Notes: generated from the sequence alone by a model not told the origin. A DNA stretch of 43,920 bases, filler included, from Jimgerdemannia flammicorona (GCA_003990765.1; 2 parts of 2 records of this genome joined end to end with filler, not necessarily neighbours in it), one strand, 5' to 3'; counted from the whole stretch's first letter, positions 11,751-24,271 are shown. Made by a program: numbers and translations.

Positions 11751-12990
11751 TCAGGCCTTGATGAGCCTATCATCTATTGTGAGTATGACAACTGTTATGT
11801 CTGAGCTCTCCTTGAAGGTAATGGTATCATGGTAATCATGTAGTTGGAAGAGGATAGCCATGTTGGCTGCAAACAGGACCCTGAAACCATAGATGAGGTC
11901 ATACCAGACTCCACTGCTATCCTTCCAGGTTGGGCCCTTCCTTTCCAGAATGTAAAACATTACTGAGGTGACATTGTTATCTGTGTGTATGAGTAGAGAA
12001 AGGTTGTGCCTGACATATCCTGATGTGATGTAAGCATATGGTTGAGTGAACCCTTGGCCCAGGACCTCATACTGCTAGGCTGTGCTGGTGGGTACCTACT
12101 CCTGGTCCAGCCCCAGGAGCCCTGGCTTGGAAACCTGCCAAAACGGACAGCAACTGATCAGTCCTTTTTGCATGTGGGGGGGCAGAAGCCTCCCGGACCA
12201 CAGAATCCCCCCAGGCCACAGAAACCCCCCAGGCTGCAGCACTCCAAAAAAGTGGAGCTCCTCACCTCATATGGTACACTAAATTGTGCCAAGAATGTAT
12301 GTACAGCTATACCGAGATCACCACCAAGCTGGCCTGCCATATGCTCTACCAATCTACTCAAAGAACCCCAGATCATAGCCACCATCACCACACAGGCTAT
12401 GTCATGCTTGCACACAGTTTGCTCTTCGATAGCACTTCTAAAGTTCTGGTAGGGGTACAGAATCTTATGTATCCCTAGATTTGTATCAAAAAGAGTATAT
12501 CAGCGAAGAGTGTGATTTATCTGGGGAGGAGTAAAAAAAAAGGGAGATGAGTGTGGGGGATTTCAGAACTCTGGAACCCACCCTTTGCCAGTGTTGCAGT
12601 ATATCCAATTCCCATCCAAATCCCCTCTCCTTACTTTTTTCACCCCCTCTTTCCTGCTACCTAGTATTTGATGCAATCCTTGCAAATCTCATTGATGTGG
12701 TGGTGAAGCTCATTGCTGTAGAGGTTTCTTACCACCATTGCAACCACCTCTCCATATTCATTAATAAAGATATGATTCTCTTCATTGTTGGTTACTCCTG
12801 CTGGCCAATGGACCCCTTGGTCGAGAACAATTAGCTCTGATTTGAATGTAGACCTCCAAGTCTTGATGACAATGCTGGTACTGCTCATGCTGAACATCTT
12901 GCCCTCAAATTTCTCTATTTGATCAGATGCCAGATATGGTTGAACTTGGGTAACTTTGAACTCTCCTTTCCAATGGAACTGAGTCCTGAT
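11751..12990 (-). pseudogene. TET/JBP-like Fe(II) dioxygenase cargo gene; core exons 12990-12661, 12520-12266, 12134-11751; further 5' exons possible up to ~13750
   Basis: GT-AG phase-0 introns join three exons in frame, with four stops revertible to CAG/CGA. HxD (HTD at 11987-11979), distal His (11831-11829) and double-stranded-beta-helix-like strand pattern. Family assigned by recalled motif similarity only. Confidence 0.72.
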
Positions 12991-13014
12991 CTGAGAGATC
13001 GAGATAAGTGTACA

Positions 13015-13095
13015 GATAGGTTATATGCAGATGGGTTGTGTGTGGACAGGTTACATGCAGATGGGTTACATGCAGGTGGGTTGTATGCAGGTGTG
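13015..13095. repeat. 15-bp tandem repeat (GGGTTACATGCAGAT-like) x5, in a probable intron
   Basis: Directly visible. Confidence 0.75.
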
Positions 13096-15195
13096 GGTGT
13101 TTTTTAGGGGGAGACCATGTAAAAAATGAAATTAAATAAAACATAGAGATGGGTATTTCAGAAAAAGAGCATGAGTGAGTGAGTGAGTGAGCTGCATACC
13201 AACGAGTTGCATGCTGATGAGTTGCACAAGATTGCTCATAAAGGCTTACTTTTGTTCCTTTTGAGATCTCTGCCATATGATGCATTGACTCAACAGCTCA
13301 GCCACCAAAGGTATGCCCCGCAATATCCTCCAACCTTTCTTCATCTTGACCAGATGTTGCGAATAAAGTCAGCAGATCTCGCCATAGAGCTATAGACCCT
13401 AAGAAGAGCATGAGGTGAATTGGGTCATGCTGGGGGAATTTAAACAAGTAGCAGCAGAAAAGAGCAACCTATATCTACTACCAGCTGCTCCAAAAAGGCT
13501 GCTGTATACATAGCTGTGAGGTCTGTGAATTCCGAGGTCCGAAGGGCCACTGTGAGTTGTTGCTGGAATTCACCCTCATCCCCACCATCACTATCGCCAT
13601 TGCATTGCCATTGTCACCACTGTTGCCCCTTTGGCTCTCGATGAGCAGCTTGTGTACTGCCCATATGAGAAAAAATCTAACATTGTCAGCAGAGAGTATA
13701 TTTCTACCTCGAATACTCCCTCTTTTAATGATCATTGCAGGGTGAAAAATGAGTAGACTGGACCAATATACAAATTAAGGGCTGCTGTTTTGTTTACTCA
13801 TGATGCAGCAGGAAAGAACAAAGAACAAAGAAAAAAGAGGAAACAAAGGAAAGAGTAATGTCACCAAAGTGTGACAGGAAAAAAAAAACAAGAGTGAAAT
13901 GAACAAAAGAAAGGGTGATGTTACTAAAGATTTCAATCCAGATGGATCAATCTGGATTATCCAGATCAGATCACAAGACCAATCTGAGTTGATTCGAATC
14001 CATCACATAATGAACCTAAATTGAATCTCATCCAGATCAACTCCATTTGTTTGGAGTACTACTTGGAAGGAAGCATGAGAGACTTGCTGGCAGGAAGATA
14101 TAGTAGGAGAGAGAGCAGTATTGGAGGACAGAGGATTGGGAAGGCAAGCTTTATAGATAAGATAAAGGAGAGATAGCTGACAACTAGACTAGAGAGTTAG
14201 CTGAGGAGGGGCAAGAAGACAATAAAGAATATAGGACAGCAGCTACAGGGGGGAGTCTCTCTGGGGGGTCAGAGTAGTGGGGCTAGCAGTATAGTAGCTG
14301 AGGGGTAACTGCTAATGGAAGTATGACAGGTAATCTGGAAAAAAAATCTAGATAGAACTACTGATGGTAGACCAAGTTGTGGGAGAGATATAAGACCTAG
14401 TAACCTAGCTAATAGTGTAATAGGCCTAGTAGTAGTATCATTACTCAAGAAGTCAATCTCAGAGTTCATAGTTATCTTATACTTCTGGAGCTTAATAGTA
14501 ATGGCAAAAATGGTCCTGAGGCTGATTGTAAAGCAGATGAATAGTGTGATATCTATTAAGTTCCTAAGGGGTCTGGAAGGAGTAAAGATGAGCTTTAAGG
14601 AGGTTGGGTTATTAGAGGATGCACTGAAGACTAGGTTGATGATTAGGGAGATATGTATCCTAATGGCACACTGCTTGAGGTGGAATTCTAGAGTGGTATA
14701 GCTCCTAGTAAAAGGGATTCCTATAATGACTGCTGTAGAGATAAGGAGGAGAGTTGAGGAAGTCATGACCAAGTACAGAGAGGTGGTTGATGTCAGGTTC
14801 AGGGTCTGAAAAGGGATCTCCTTCTAGATAGAGAATGTTGACATTCAGATTCAGTTAGCAGGGAGAGAGGCTACTGAGAAAGCTTGTGATTGGCCTTCTG
14901 TAATAGTGTGGAGAGTCTTCATGTATAAGGTAATAAGAGTGAAGAGGAGTAAGGAGAAGAAAGAGGACCTGTTGGAAGTGCTGGAGGAGCTGAGTGATAT
15001 AGTAAAGTAGAGGACAAAGACTTAGAAGGCATATGTAGAGTCAATGTACTTGGAGATTATTGGTAGAAAGTACATCTATATTAATAAGAGGCTATAGAAG
15101 ATATCTCAAGGATATAAGTGACAGAGAGAGTTGCTGGTGAAACTAGAGAGAGAGGTGAAGAGGGCTGGTGGTAGTAGTGAGGATACTGGAGATGC

Positions 15196-17527
15196 CTCCC
15201 CTGGGATTTCTGGAAGCGAATGGTTGGAGTCCCAGGCATATTGGGGGAGTTGATGGCAATGTGTGACTCTATATTGCAGTCAGAGAGATGGGTGGGGGAG
15301 CAAGACCTTGGGCTGGTGACGCTGCTCTATAAGAACAAGGGAAGGCAAGAGGATTGGAGGAACTGGTGGCTGATAATACTGTTAGATATGGACAGGAAGT
15401 TGGTGACTAAGGTGGTGGTCGCAAGGCTACAGAAGGTGGCCCAGCAGATTGTGGGTATTGAACAGAGGGGCTTCATTGGGGGTCAGCTCATTAGAGATGG
15501 CATGGCCTGGGTGCATGGAGTTATTGAAGGTGTTCGAGCCTGTGGACTAGATGGGCGTCTTGTCTTCTTGGATCAGGAGAAGGCTTATGACTGGGTATGG
15601 CAGGTCTAGCTGGTGAAAGTATTAGATAGAATTGGAGTTCCGGCCTCATTTCGGTTGGTGATGGTCAGTCTACTGGAAAGGAGTAGGGCTGCGCTGGTGT
15701 ACAATGGACATCAAGGGGTGGCCTTCCCTCTGGGCAGGGGAGTGCCCCAGGGGGACCCACTGTCCCCCATTTTGTATGCTCTTTCCTTGGAACCTCTCAT
15801 GGACAGGATTCGGCAGAGGATCGTGGGGCTATCTATCTATGGAGTTGGCTGGAAGGTTGGAGCCTTTGTGGACGATATGGTGGTTGGTTTGGGGGTGACT
15901 GCGGATGTCGAGGAGCTCCAGAAGACAGTGGAGTGGTATGAGGCGAACTCTGGGGCAAAGCTGAATTGGTACAAGTGTGAGACAATGGTGCTAGGCAATG
16001 GCTTGGTGGGTGGGGAAGTCATTGGAACAATTGTCCCCACCGGAGAGGCAGTGCGGTACTTGGGCATCTATTTGTCAGTCTATGGGTCTGTTTTGCCCAG
16101 GCTGTGGTGGGAGCAGAGGATTGGAATTTGGGAGGAAGACCTGCGGGGTTGGGGAGGTAGACACTTCTCTCTGGCAGGAAGGATCTCGATTTTGAATGTT
16201 TACTGGCTGCCGAAGCTGTGGTATTTGGCCTACCATCTGGACTTCCCAGCCTGGGTGGTGAAGAGATTGGTGAAGGTGGCCAAGGGATGGATTTGGGCTG
16301 GCAGACAGAGTCAGATTGGTTGGGAGACTCTGTCCCTACCAGTGACAAGAGGTGGTCTTGGGCTGGTGGACTTCCCCAAAAGACTACACTGCTTGCAGGC
16401 ATGGTGGCTGAGGAGGGCGGTGGAGTTGCATGGAGGGGGCTGGGTCCCCTTGCTGCAGAAGATATGGGAGGGGAGGACATCACCTAGAGGCTCGACTGGC
16501 GATCTCCTTTCATTGGTTGGGCTTCCGAACACTGCGTAACTGAGATATAAAGGCTTCTGGTGGGGTATAGCTGAGGGGGCACACCGCATTGGTATTCGCT
16601 GGCAAGGGGATGAGAGGGAGAGGGCTTGGGGCCCAGCGATGTGGAGATGGGATTGCATTCTTCTGGAGGGCGTGCCTTTACTGGAGTTCAACATTAGTGA
16701 TGGCGTCGAATGCCAAAGGGGACCAGACCAGGATCTGTGGCCTAGTGGTTGGCAAGGAGTTGGAATTGGTGAGGAGTGGGACTGGCATGGGGTTTGGACC
16801 TGGAGTGCTGCAGTGAAAAATTGGATGCCGCTGAAGTACTGGATAGTCTGGTGGCGTGTGCTGAGGAGGAATGTGATGCTTAACTTCCGCTCAGGACACC
16901 TTGTGGTCGGAGGCTGCTTTGACTGCGAGGAGTGCCATAATGTAGGGCAGGAAGGGGGATTGGTACAGACGCCAGAACATTGGCTAGGGGAGTGTGAGGT
17001 GTTGGGAGACTTTTGGTGGGCCATTGGGGACCGCTTGGGGGTAAGGCGTAGGGGTGATGATGTACGGGGGAGGTGGGAGGACCTGAGGGATCGATTGATA
17101 GGAGGGGTAGGGGAAGAGTGGATTATGCTAGGCTGGACATTGGCTATTTGGGTTGGGCTGGCCGGACACTGACTATTTGTATTTGAGGAGGAGAAGCGAC
17201 AGAGCTTGGGGAGCAGGTTAGCAAGGTGGCAGTTCCTTATGGAGGATACCTTGATGGGATGGTGGCTTGGCTGGGGGCTGCAGGGGGGCCGGAGATACTG
17301 CTTAGTGGTGAAAATCTGTGGTCAGAGTGGTGGGAGAGTTGGAGTTATTGGTGAGAGGGTGGTCTTTATATGTGAGGAGGTGGGGTGGGGCCCCTCGATG
17401 GGGATTGGTTAGTGGGTGGTTATATTGTATACTTATTTATAGACTGGTAATAAAGACAGAGTCCAAGAGACTATAAAAATAAAAAAAAATAAAAAAAAAA
17501 AAAAAAAAAAAAAAATAAAAAAAAAAA
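15196..17527 (+). mobile_element. 5'-truncated L1/Tx1-like LINE (LINE-B) with poly(A) tail
   Basis: 15-bp TSD GGATACTGGAGATGC (15181-15195, 17528-17542); AATAAA at ~17449; A-tail 17473-17527. Confidence 0.95.
15220..17412 (+). pseudogene. LINE-B ORF2 (RT and C-terminal Cys/His region)
   Basis: DQEKAYD, GVPQGDPLSP, FVDD, YLGI, GGLG, C..C...TPEHWLGEC; several in-frame stops. Confidence 0.95.
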
Positions 17528-17897
17528 GGATACTGGAGATGCTAAAGTAAGTGTCTGGACCAGCAGAAGTAGAGAGAAAGTGGAGGTGGGTCTGGAGGAG
17601 GCCAGGAAGACACTGAGTAAGGACCTATATAAGGATGATATGTTTGAAGTCTAGGAGGATACCCCTCCTTCTCTTATCAGGTGGAGACCAACTATAAGAA
17701 GTCAGACAGTAGAGGATATACTAATGTATAGTACTCAGCAAGTACACTTTGGAGTTCCTGAGGTGGTGAAGGAGGGACAGATAGTAGCAGTTAGTAAGGA
17801 TGAACTAGTGGATATCTCAGAAGAGGAGTGAGATAAGACTATGAGTACAGAGACAGATACCTCAATACTGGGTAGAGGAAGACCAGTGACTCCAGAG

Positions 17898-18321
17898 TAG
17901 TACTCTCAATGAATTGAATTGAATCGAATTTGGCCCAAACTCAATTTGATTTGATCAAATCAAGGGTCTAATTTGATTCAATTCGAATCAAATCAAAGGT
18001 CCAATTTGATTTAAAGTTCGATTCAAACCTTAATTTTCAAAATGTAATAACTCAACGAAAACTCATCCAAATTTAACATATTTTAGCTTGTTAGATTCAC
18101 TGTATTAATGTGATTCTAACAAGCTAAAGTATGTTAGATTTGGATGAGTTTATGCTGAGTTATTGCATTTTGAAATTTAGGATTCGAATCAGACTTTCAA
18201 TTTAATTTGACTTTTGATTTGATTCGAATTGATTCGAATTGAAAAATCCCCAATTCGATTCAACTCATTTAACCCTTAATTCAATTCGATTCAAATTGAT
18301 TCAACTCATTTGGGAGCACTA
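17898..18321. mobile_element. Non-autonomous hAT-type MITE (424 bp)
   Basis: TIRs TAGTACTCTCAATGA / TCATTTGGGAGCACTA; 8-bp TSD CTCCAGAG / CTCTAGAG (one transition); internal hairpin and ATTCGA-type repeats. Confidence 0.9.
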
Positions 18322-18767
18322 CTCTAGAGAGAAAGAAGGTGAGAAACCTACTATAGATATGCTGAATGATAAACAACTTTGTAGCTGAAGAGCTGAGAGC
18401 AGTGGACCTAGATGAGAATTAGGTAAGGATTATATATAGCAATAGAGTAGTAGAGGCATTGAAGACAGAGATACTTGCAGTTTTTCTAGAGAAAGAAGGA
18501 TATGAGGTTGATAAGGAGAGAGAGGCCAAGCTAGCAGTTGCTGCTGGTGAGCAGGCTGCCTTCTGTTGGGTAGAGTATTATAAATTACAGCTCTGGCAGA
18601 AGGCCTGCCTAGAGTATCATGAGAATTTTGAAAAAAAGGAGGATGGAAAACTAACTGAACTTCTGATTAGATTAGAGGTAAGGAGAGTTGAAGAGGAGGA
18701 GATGGATGTGGAATACAACTTGGACTTGGCACAGGAAGAAATAGATATAGAGTTATAGAGGGTGAGT

Positions 18768-21577
18768 ATGACTCTTAATATTATTTCTTATAAATAGTAC
18801 AATAAATATTTTTTCTTTGAATGTAAATGAGCTGTGGAGTTCAGTTAGGTATTGGAATATTTTTACTTGGTTAAAGAGCTTGGAGGCTGATCTCTTTCTT
18901 CTGCAGGATATTAGATGTGAAGATGACTTGAATAGACTGAAATAGGCAATAGAATGGAGAGGTGCAGTAGTTTGGAAGAGTAAGGTTGGGATTCTGATAT
19001 AGAGAGGTAGAGGGAAGTTATAAGATATGAGAAGCTGGAGGGATAGGCTGGTCTAGAGAGAGTGGATTAGACCAGGTTGGAAGCCAGTTGTAGTGGGGTC
19101 CTACTACTGCTCTACTATATGCAGTAAAAGAGTGGATTGGGTGAAGGGACTCCTGGAAAGTAGGACCCTCATGGGGGCTAAAGTGGACATTCTTGAAGGG
19201 GACTTTAATATAGTCCAGGAGGCATTGGTGGATAGGACTGATAGAGGGTAGGAAACTAGAGGCAGAAGTGGGGAGTTAGAGATATGAGAGGAAGTAGAGA
19301 GACTGAGTACTCTAATAGATACTAACAGGGGGTTTTGGGGGGATCAGAGGGTATATATATACTGGACAAATAGTCTGGACATGAGGATTGACTAGATGCT
19401 AATGGTGGACTGCTGGGGCTTAGATATTTAGAAGTCACTAGAGGCTGAGTGGTGTCTGTAGTCTGATCACTAGAGACTATTAGGACAGGGATATTTCAGA
19501 GAGAGTGAGGATAGACTTGGACATTGGTACCTCAATTCCTCTTTATTGGATGAGAAGAGTCTGTGGGACAAGTAGGCAGAGGACATTTGGCAGAGAATGG
19601 AGGGCTGGGTACAAGAGGGGGCTATGATTAGTATCTGGTAGATGAGGTTGAAGGAGGCTGCTAGGGTTTATTGAAGTAAAGCTGGTAAAGTGACAGGAGG
19701 ATAGAGGAGGAGAAGGGTGACCTGGGCTTCTGCTAGATTGGCTAGGCTTTTGGAAGACTGGGCTAGACTCTTGGTCCAGGAGGAGATAGAGGACTGGGGG
19801 GTGATACAGGTGAGGCTAGAGGTTGTGGAGTCACAACAGATATTGAGGGAGGAGGAGGAGATGAGAGTGTAGAGTTTGGCTGCACAATTACACTGGTAGA
19901 GATTGGAGGAGAGAAAGAGGCCCTCTAGGTATCTTTCAAGGACTCTTTGGGTGAGAAGAGTGAAACAGTGATAGGAAGGGGTTCTTGATTCTGGTAGTCT
20001 ATTGGTGTATAGTTTATAAGACATTCTGGACTCATTGAAGAAGAGGTGGAGTGGTTTGTAGAGTGAGGAGGAGGGTGGGACTGATGCTGCCACCATTGAA
20101 CATACTTTGGAGAAATGGAACTCACTGTAGATTGATGGGCTGGATGGCTTGGTGGTACCAGTTCAGGAGGAGGAAATTTGCCAGGTTCTTACATACTGTA
20201 ACTATACTAAGCATGGTACTAGGAGAGAATGGTCTGCCCTGAGACTTTTGGAAGAAGATGGTAGATGTCCCTGAAGTGATGGGGGAGTTGATGACACTTT
20301 GTAACTTAGTACTATAGTCTGAGAGATGGGTGGGGGAGCAGGATCTGGAGCTAGTGGCTCTGCTCTTTAAGGACAAGGATAGGAGGGAGGACTGGAGGAA
20401 CTGGTAGCCCATCATGCTACTGGACATGGACAGGAAGTTGGTCACTAAGATAGTGGTAGTGTGGCTGCAGAAGGTGGTCCAGTAAGTCTTGGGTGAGGAG
20501 CAGTGAGGTTTTATAGAGAGTCAGCTCATTAGAGATAGTATAGTCTGAGTATACAGTATTATTGAAGAGACTCAAGCCTGTGGACTGGATGGAAGATTGG
20601 TCTTCTTGGATCAAGAGAAAGCATATGATTGTGTGTAGTGAGTCTGGCTGATGAAGATTCTGGACAGAATTGGTGTCCTGCAGCAGTTCTGAGTTATAAT
20701 AATCAGTCTACTGGAAGGAAGTAGAGTAGTGCTCATGTACAATAAGCATAGAGGGGTAGTATTTCCTCTGAGGAGGGGCATTCCCCAGGGGGACCTGCTT
20801 TTCCCTATCTTGTCTACTCTATTCTTGGAGCCATTGATAGATAGGATTAGACAGAAGATTGTAGGGCTCTCTATATTCAGCATTGTATAGAAGGTTGGAG
20901 CCTTTGCAGATAATATAGTAGTTAGTCTGGAATCAATTGCTGATGTCAAGGAACTCAGAGAAATAGTGGAGTAATATGAGGCACACTCTGAGGCTAAACT
21001 TAACTGATATAAGTATGAAATAATAATATTAGATAATAGCCTGGTGGGAGGAGATATCATTGAAACAATTGTTTCTGCTGAAGAGACTGTGAGGTACTTA
21101 GACATCTATCTCTCTGTATATGGGTTAGTCCTGCCATGACCTTGGTGGAAGTGATGAGTGGTCATATGGGGGGAGATCTTGTGAGATTGGAGTGGCTGCT
21201 ACATTTCTTTGGCAGAGTACATTACAATTTTGAATATCTACTGGCTACTGAAGATGTGGTATTTAGTATACTATCTGGACTTTCTAGCCTGGGTAGTGAA
21301 GAGGCTATTGAAGCTGGTCAAAGATTGGATCTGGGCTAGGCAGAGGAGTCAGATTAGCTGGGATATCTTATTACTGCCTATGGCTAGAGAAGGTCTAAGG
21401 CTGGTGGACTTTCCAAAGAGGTTGTATTATCTAAGAGCATAATAGTTGAAGAGAGTAGTCGAACTGAGGAGTAGTAGCTGGGTTCCTCTGATAAAGAAGG
21501 TCTGAAAGATAAAGTGCTCACTAAGAGAAATTACTGGGAATTTACTATCCTTAGTTAGGCTTCCAGATAGTGGGTAT
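18768..21577 (+). pseudogene. LINE-A ORF2 relic (AP endonuclease and RT)
   Basis: LNVN.L, ADLFLLQD, GDFN, RID, SDH, WYLN, DQEKAYD, GIPQGD, FAD; very many stops. Confidence 0.88.
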
Positions 21578-21912
21578 ATGAGCGTGACCATCTCTCTCCA
21601 CTACAATTCACATTACACGCACTTTTCAACACACTTTCGAAGCGTTTATTGGAGAAAAGATACTAAGGCAATGTCAACCAGCAAGCAAGCCGACGCATGT
21701 ACTAGGTCGGGTGGACCTGGGGCCTTCGACTGGCAGACTGTCGGGAGAGGGTATGGATTGGGGATGGGGTCCTTCGGTGGCTCGAGTGGGCAGGGTGGCT
21801 CCGGCAGTGGAAGTGGCACTGGAGGGGGGGCTGGAGAGAAGCAGGGGAGGAGCTTTGCGGACACGCTGAGGGGTGGGGGCTGGCCATTGGGCACTCGTGG
21901 TGGACCGGCGGG
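21578..21912 (+). mobile_element. 5' end of a younger LINE (LINE-C): 5' UTR and Gly-rich ORF1 start, cut by the gap
   Basis: MSTSK...AFDWQTVGRG matches LINE-D ORF1 start AFGWQQVGRRG; retains many CpGs. Confidence 0.75.
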
Positions 21913-22012
21913 NNNNNNNNNNNNNNNNNNNNNNNNNNNNNNNNNNNNNNNNNNNNTTAATTAATTAANNNNNNNNNNNNNNNNNNNNNNNNNNNNNNNN
22001 NNNNNNNNNNNN
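21913..22012. other. Assembly gap with artificial linker (44 N + TTAATTAATTAA + 44 N)
   Basis: Exactly 100 bp and symmetric; the linker puts stops in all six frames. Confidence 0.97.
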
Positions 22013-24271
22013 CCCCCATCCCTTTCTGAACAAGAATACCCACTTTCCCCCTCCAAACTGCTGCACCCCCCCATTCCTTAGTCCAATCCTGTAAATCGAC
22101 ATCGGCCTCATACCGAACATCCTATAATAAGAAGAGGTCCGCATCCAGATCCCGAAGCCAACCAAAAATGTACTTCCTCCTAGCCACCCCCCGTAGCCCA
22201 TTAACATTCAATGAGAATATCCTGGTTGTACTGTTTATATTGGGTAGATATTGTAGAAGAGACCTCAACCTATAATTCCATGCTCATCTCATCCCTCACC
22301 AAGTCCAAGAGCCGCTCAGCTTCCAATTCACCCTCCACAATATCCCGAGCATCCAGTGCCGCCAAGATTTCCTGACACTCCACCCTGTCCACCTTCTCTA
22401 TATCTGCCCTGTAGTCCAAGCAGACTGTGCGCCACTTCTCCAGTCCCTTCCTCAAGTTCCACAAGACAAGTGCTCTGTTGCTCACAATCCTTCTAAGCTC
22501 CTCCTAATGCTGATCATCAACCTGACACTCAACAGACTCCAGGAGGACAGCTAGGATCTCATTCCTCATCTTCCTCGGCACCTCTTCCCCATGTAGAATC
22601 TCTTCCCAATGCCTCTCCTCCATCACCCTGAAGTCCTCACCCCCCAACTCCTCAGCCGCTACCCCTTCCAGGGTCTTCCACATCCACTTCTCCTCATCTA
22701 CCACCTCTGCCGCCCCCTGAGCAATTTGTCCCCCATCCACCTCAGGGTCCACCAGCACACTCCTCCTCACTGACTCATCCCACTCTTCATCCGGCACATC
22801 CATCAACTCCTCCTCGCCTCCTGCCCTATTCGGAACACTATACTGAGGGCGCCCACCTTCGCCCATCTCAGCATCCACCTCCAAGTTATCCTCCCTCACT
22901 CCCCGACTTCAATCTGAGCCCCGCCCTGGGCCATCTCACCCCCGTCAGCCCAGGTGCTCTCCTGCAACCCTGCAGCCCCCTCCCTGGGGCTTCCACCAGT
23001 TCTACCCCCGCCCATCTTCGCCAACAACTCCTTCTGGATCCTCCTCCCCTGCATCTTCTCCCAAGCCCCCTTCTCCATCTGAACCCTCTTTCCATCCACC
23101 TCCCCCACCACTGTCCTGGCCTCAAACTCCTTCCAGGCTAATCTCCTCCTCGCAACTGCCCCTTCTAGGTCCTCCAGCGCCTCCAACAAGTCCTCTTCCT
23201 CCTCCTGAGTCCCCTTCACCCTAGTGACCTTACACTCCACCGGTCCCCACCTCAGCACCGCCGGCCAGTCCCTCGACTTCCCTGTATTCTCCTTTCCAAC
23301 CAGTCTCACCCTGACATCAACGTCTCCAGTCCTAAGCTCTGTGCCCTCCCAGACCTTGAACCCCACATCCACAATCTCACCATACTCCTTGATTGCCTCC
23401 ACCACCAACTCCCTGGTCCTTTCCTTCAACACTGTGGGAAGGTCCAACACTGTCAACTGCACCACCCGGGGGTCCCAGTGTATACACCGGGCCATAGGGA
23501 CCACAACTCTACCAACCATCACCTCCTTCTCCATGGCTGCCAACAAGGCGTCCTCCTCCTCAAACCCCACCTCAACCCCTTCCTTTCCTCTCAAGAACTT
23601 CACCGACGCTGCTCCCTTAGCCTCCTGCGCCACCAGCCCCAACATCATCCTCGCCATCACTGCCAAGCCCTGGAAGCACATCATGACCATGAATTCAGAC
23701 CTCAACTTCTTGAGTAACAGGGCTGACACCATGCCCGTCACCCCATCCGCCAGGTCTCCGGGCCTCGTGCCCACTCCAAGTCCCGAATTGCCAACTGCCA
23801 TCACATCTGGATTTTTTGCCAGATCCCCAGTCACAGCCCCATCGGCAGTCACATCTCCAGCCCCTACTCTGGCCCCTTCCCTACCACCAGAAGTACTCTG
23901 GGGTGCACCCCCCTGACCCCCAGCAGTAGCCATCGATGCCTTCCCCAGGCCCAGCCAACTTTCCAGCCCAGAAGCCATCTTCCCCAACCTGACCTTGTCA
24001 GCAAAGGTCGTCCTCTCCCCTCCTCTTTGTCACAGACCTCCCCTTCCTCCGCTGCTGGGGCCACGGCTAGCCATTGAGGCCCCTGGCATCCCCAAACCAT
24101 CTCCCCTCCTCCCCACCTGCTGCCAGCCAAAGGCGCTGTTACTCCCCTGGCCAGTACGCTCACCAGATCAGTTGTTGCCATCCATGTTGTTAGTCATCAG
24201 ATACTAAAAACGTTGTAGAAAGTATTGTCTGAGTCTTGTATCACCCGAATGTTACAGGTGAAAGGCGCCCG
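22013..24271 (-). mobile_element. LINE-D: 5' UTR, ORF1 and start of ORF2 endonuclease, cut by the gap; interrupts Gypsy E2
   Basis: ORF2 start NVNGLRG...DADLFLL at ~22210-22013; the E2 RT stops abruptly at 24272. Confidence 0.88.
22270..24185 (-). pseudogene. LINE-D ORF1 (RRM-like core), with stops and one frameshift
   Basis: VQLTVLDLP...EYGEIVDVG...RTGDVDVRV...WPAVL pattern typical of L1/Tx1 ORF1; homologous to the LINE-A ORF1 relic. Confidence 0.8.

Larger units (their letters stand above)
7651..14061 (+). mobile_element. hAT-superfamily DNA transposon (6.4 kb) with a cargo gene
   Basis: TIRs TAGTACTCTGAACAA / TTGTTTGGAGTACTA; perfect 8-bp TSD CTTGGAAG (7643-7650, 14062-14069); subterminal short repeats at both ends; transposase inside. 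Confidence 0.95.
7465..21577 (+). mobile_element. Old L1/Tx1-like LINE (LINE-A), interrupted by the hAT, LINE-B and a MITE; 3' end cut by LINE-C
   Basis: 7480-7650 resembles the 5' ends of the LINE copies at 21578 and 24271. ORF1 relic at 14070-15195 and 17528-18760 aligns with ORF 22896-23987. ORF2 relic from ~18770. Confidence 0.8.

Noticed and set aside
13200..13750. Exact 5' exons of the cargo gene
   Set aside because: Plausible splice sites exist (13398, 13249, 13199), but two alternative frames fit, so I do not call a structure.
21913..22012. Palindrome TTAATTAATTAA within Ns, and ORFs running into it
   Set aside because: Artificial contig linker; adjacency and orientation across it are not reliable.
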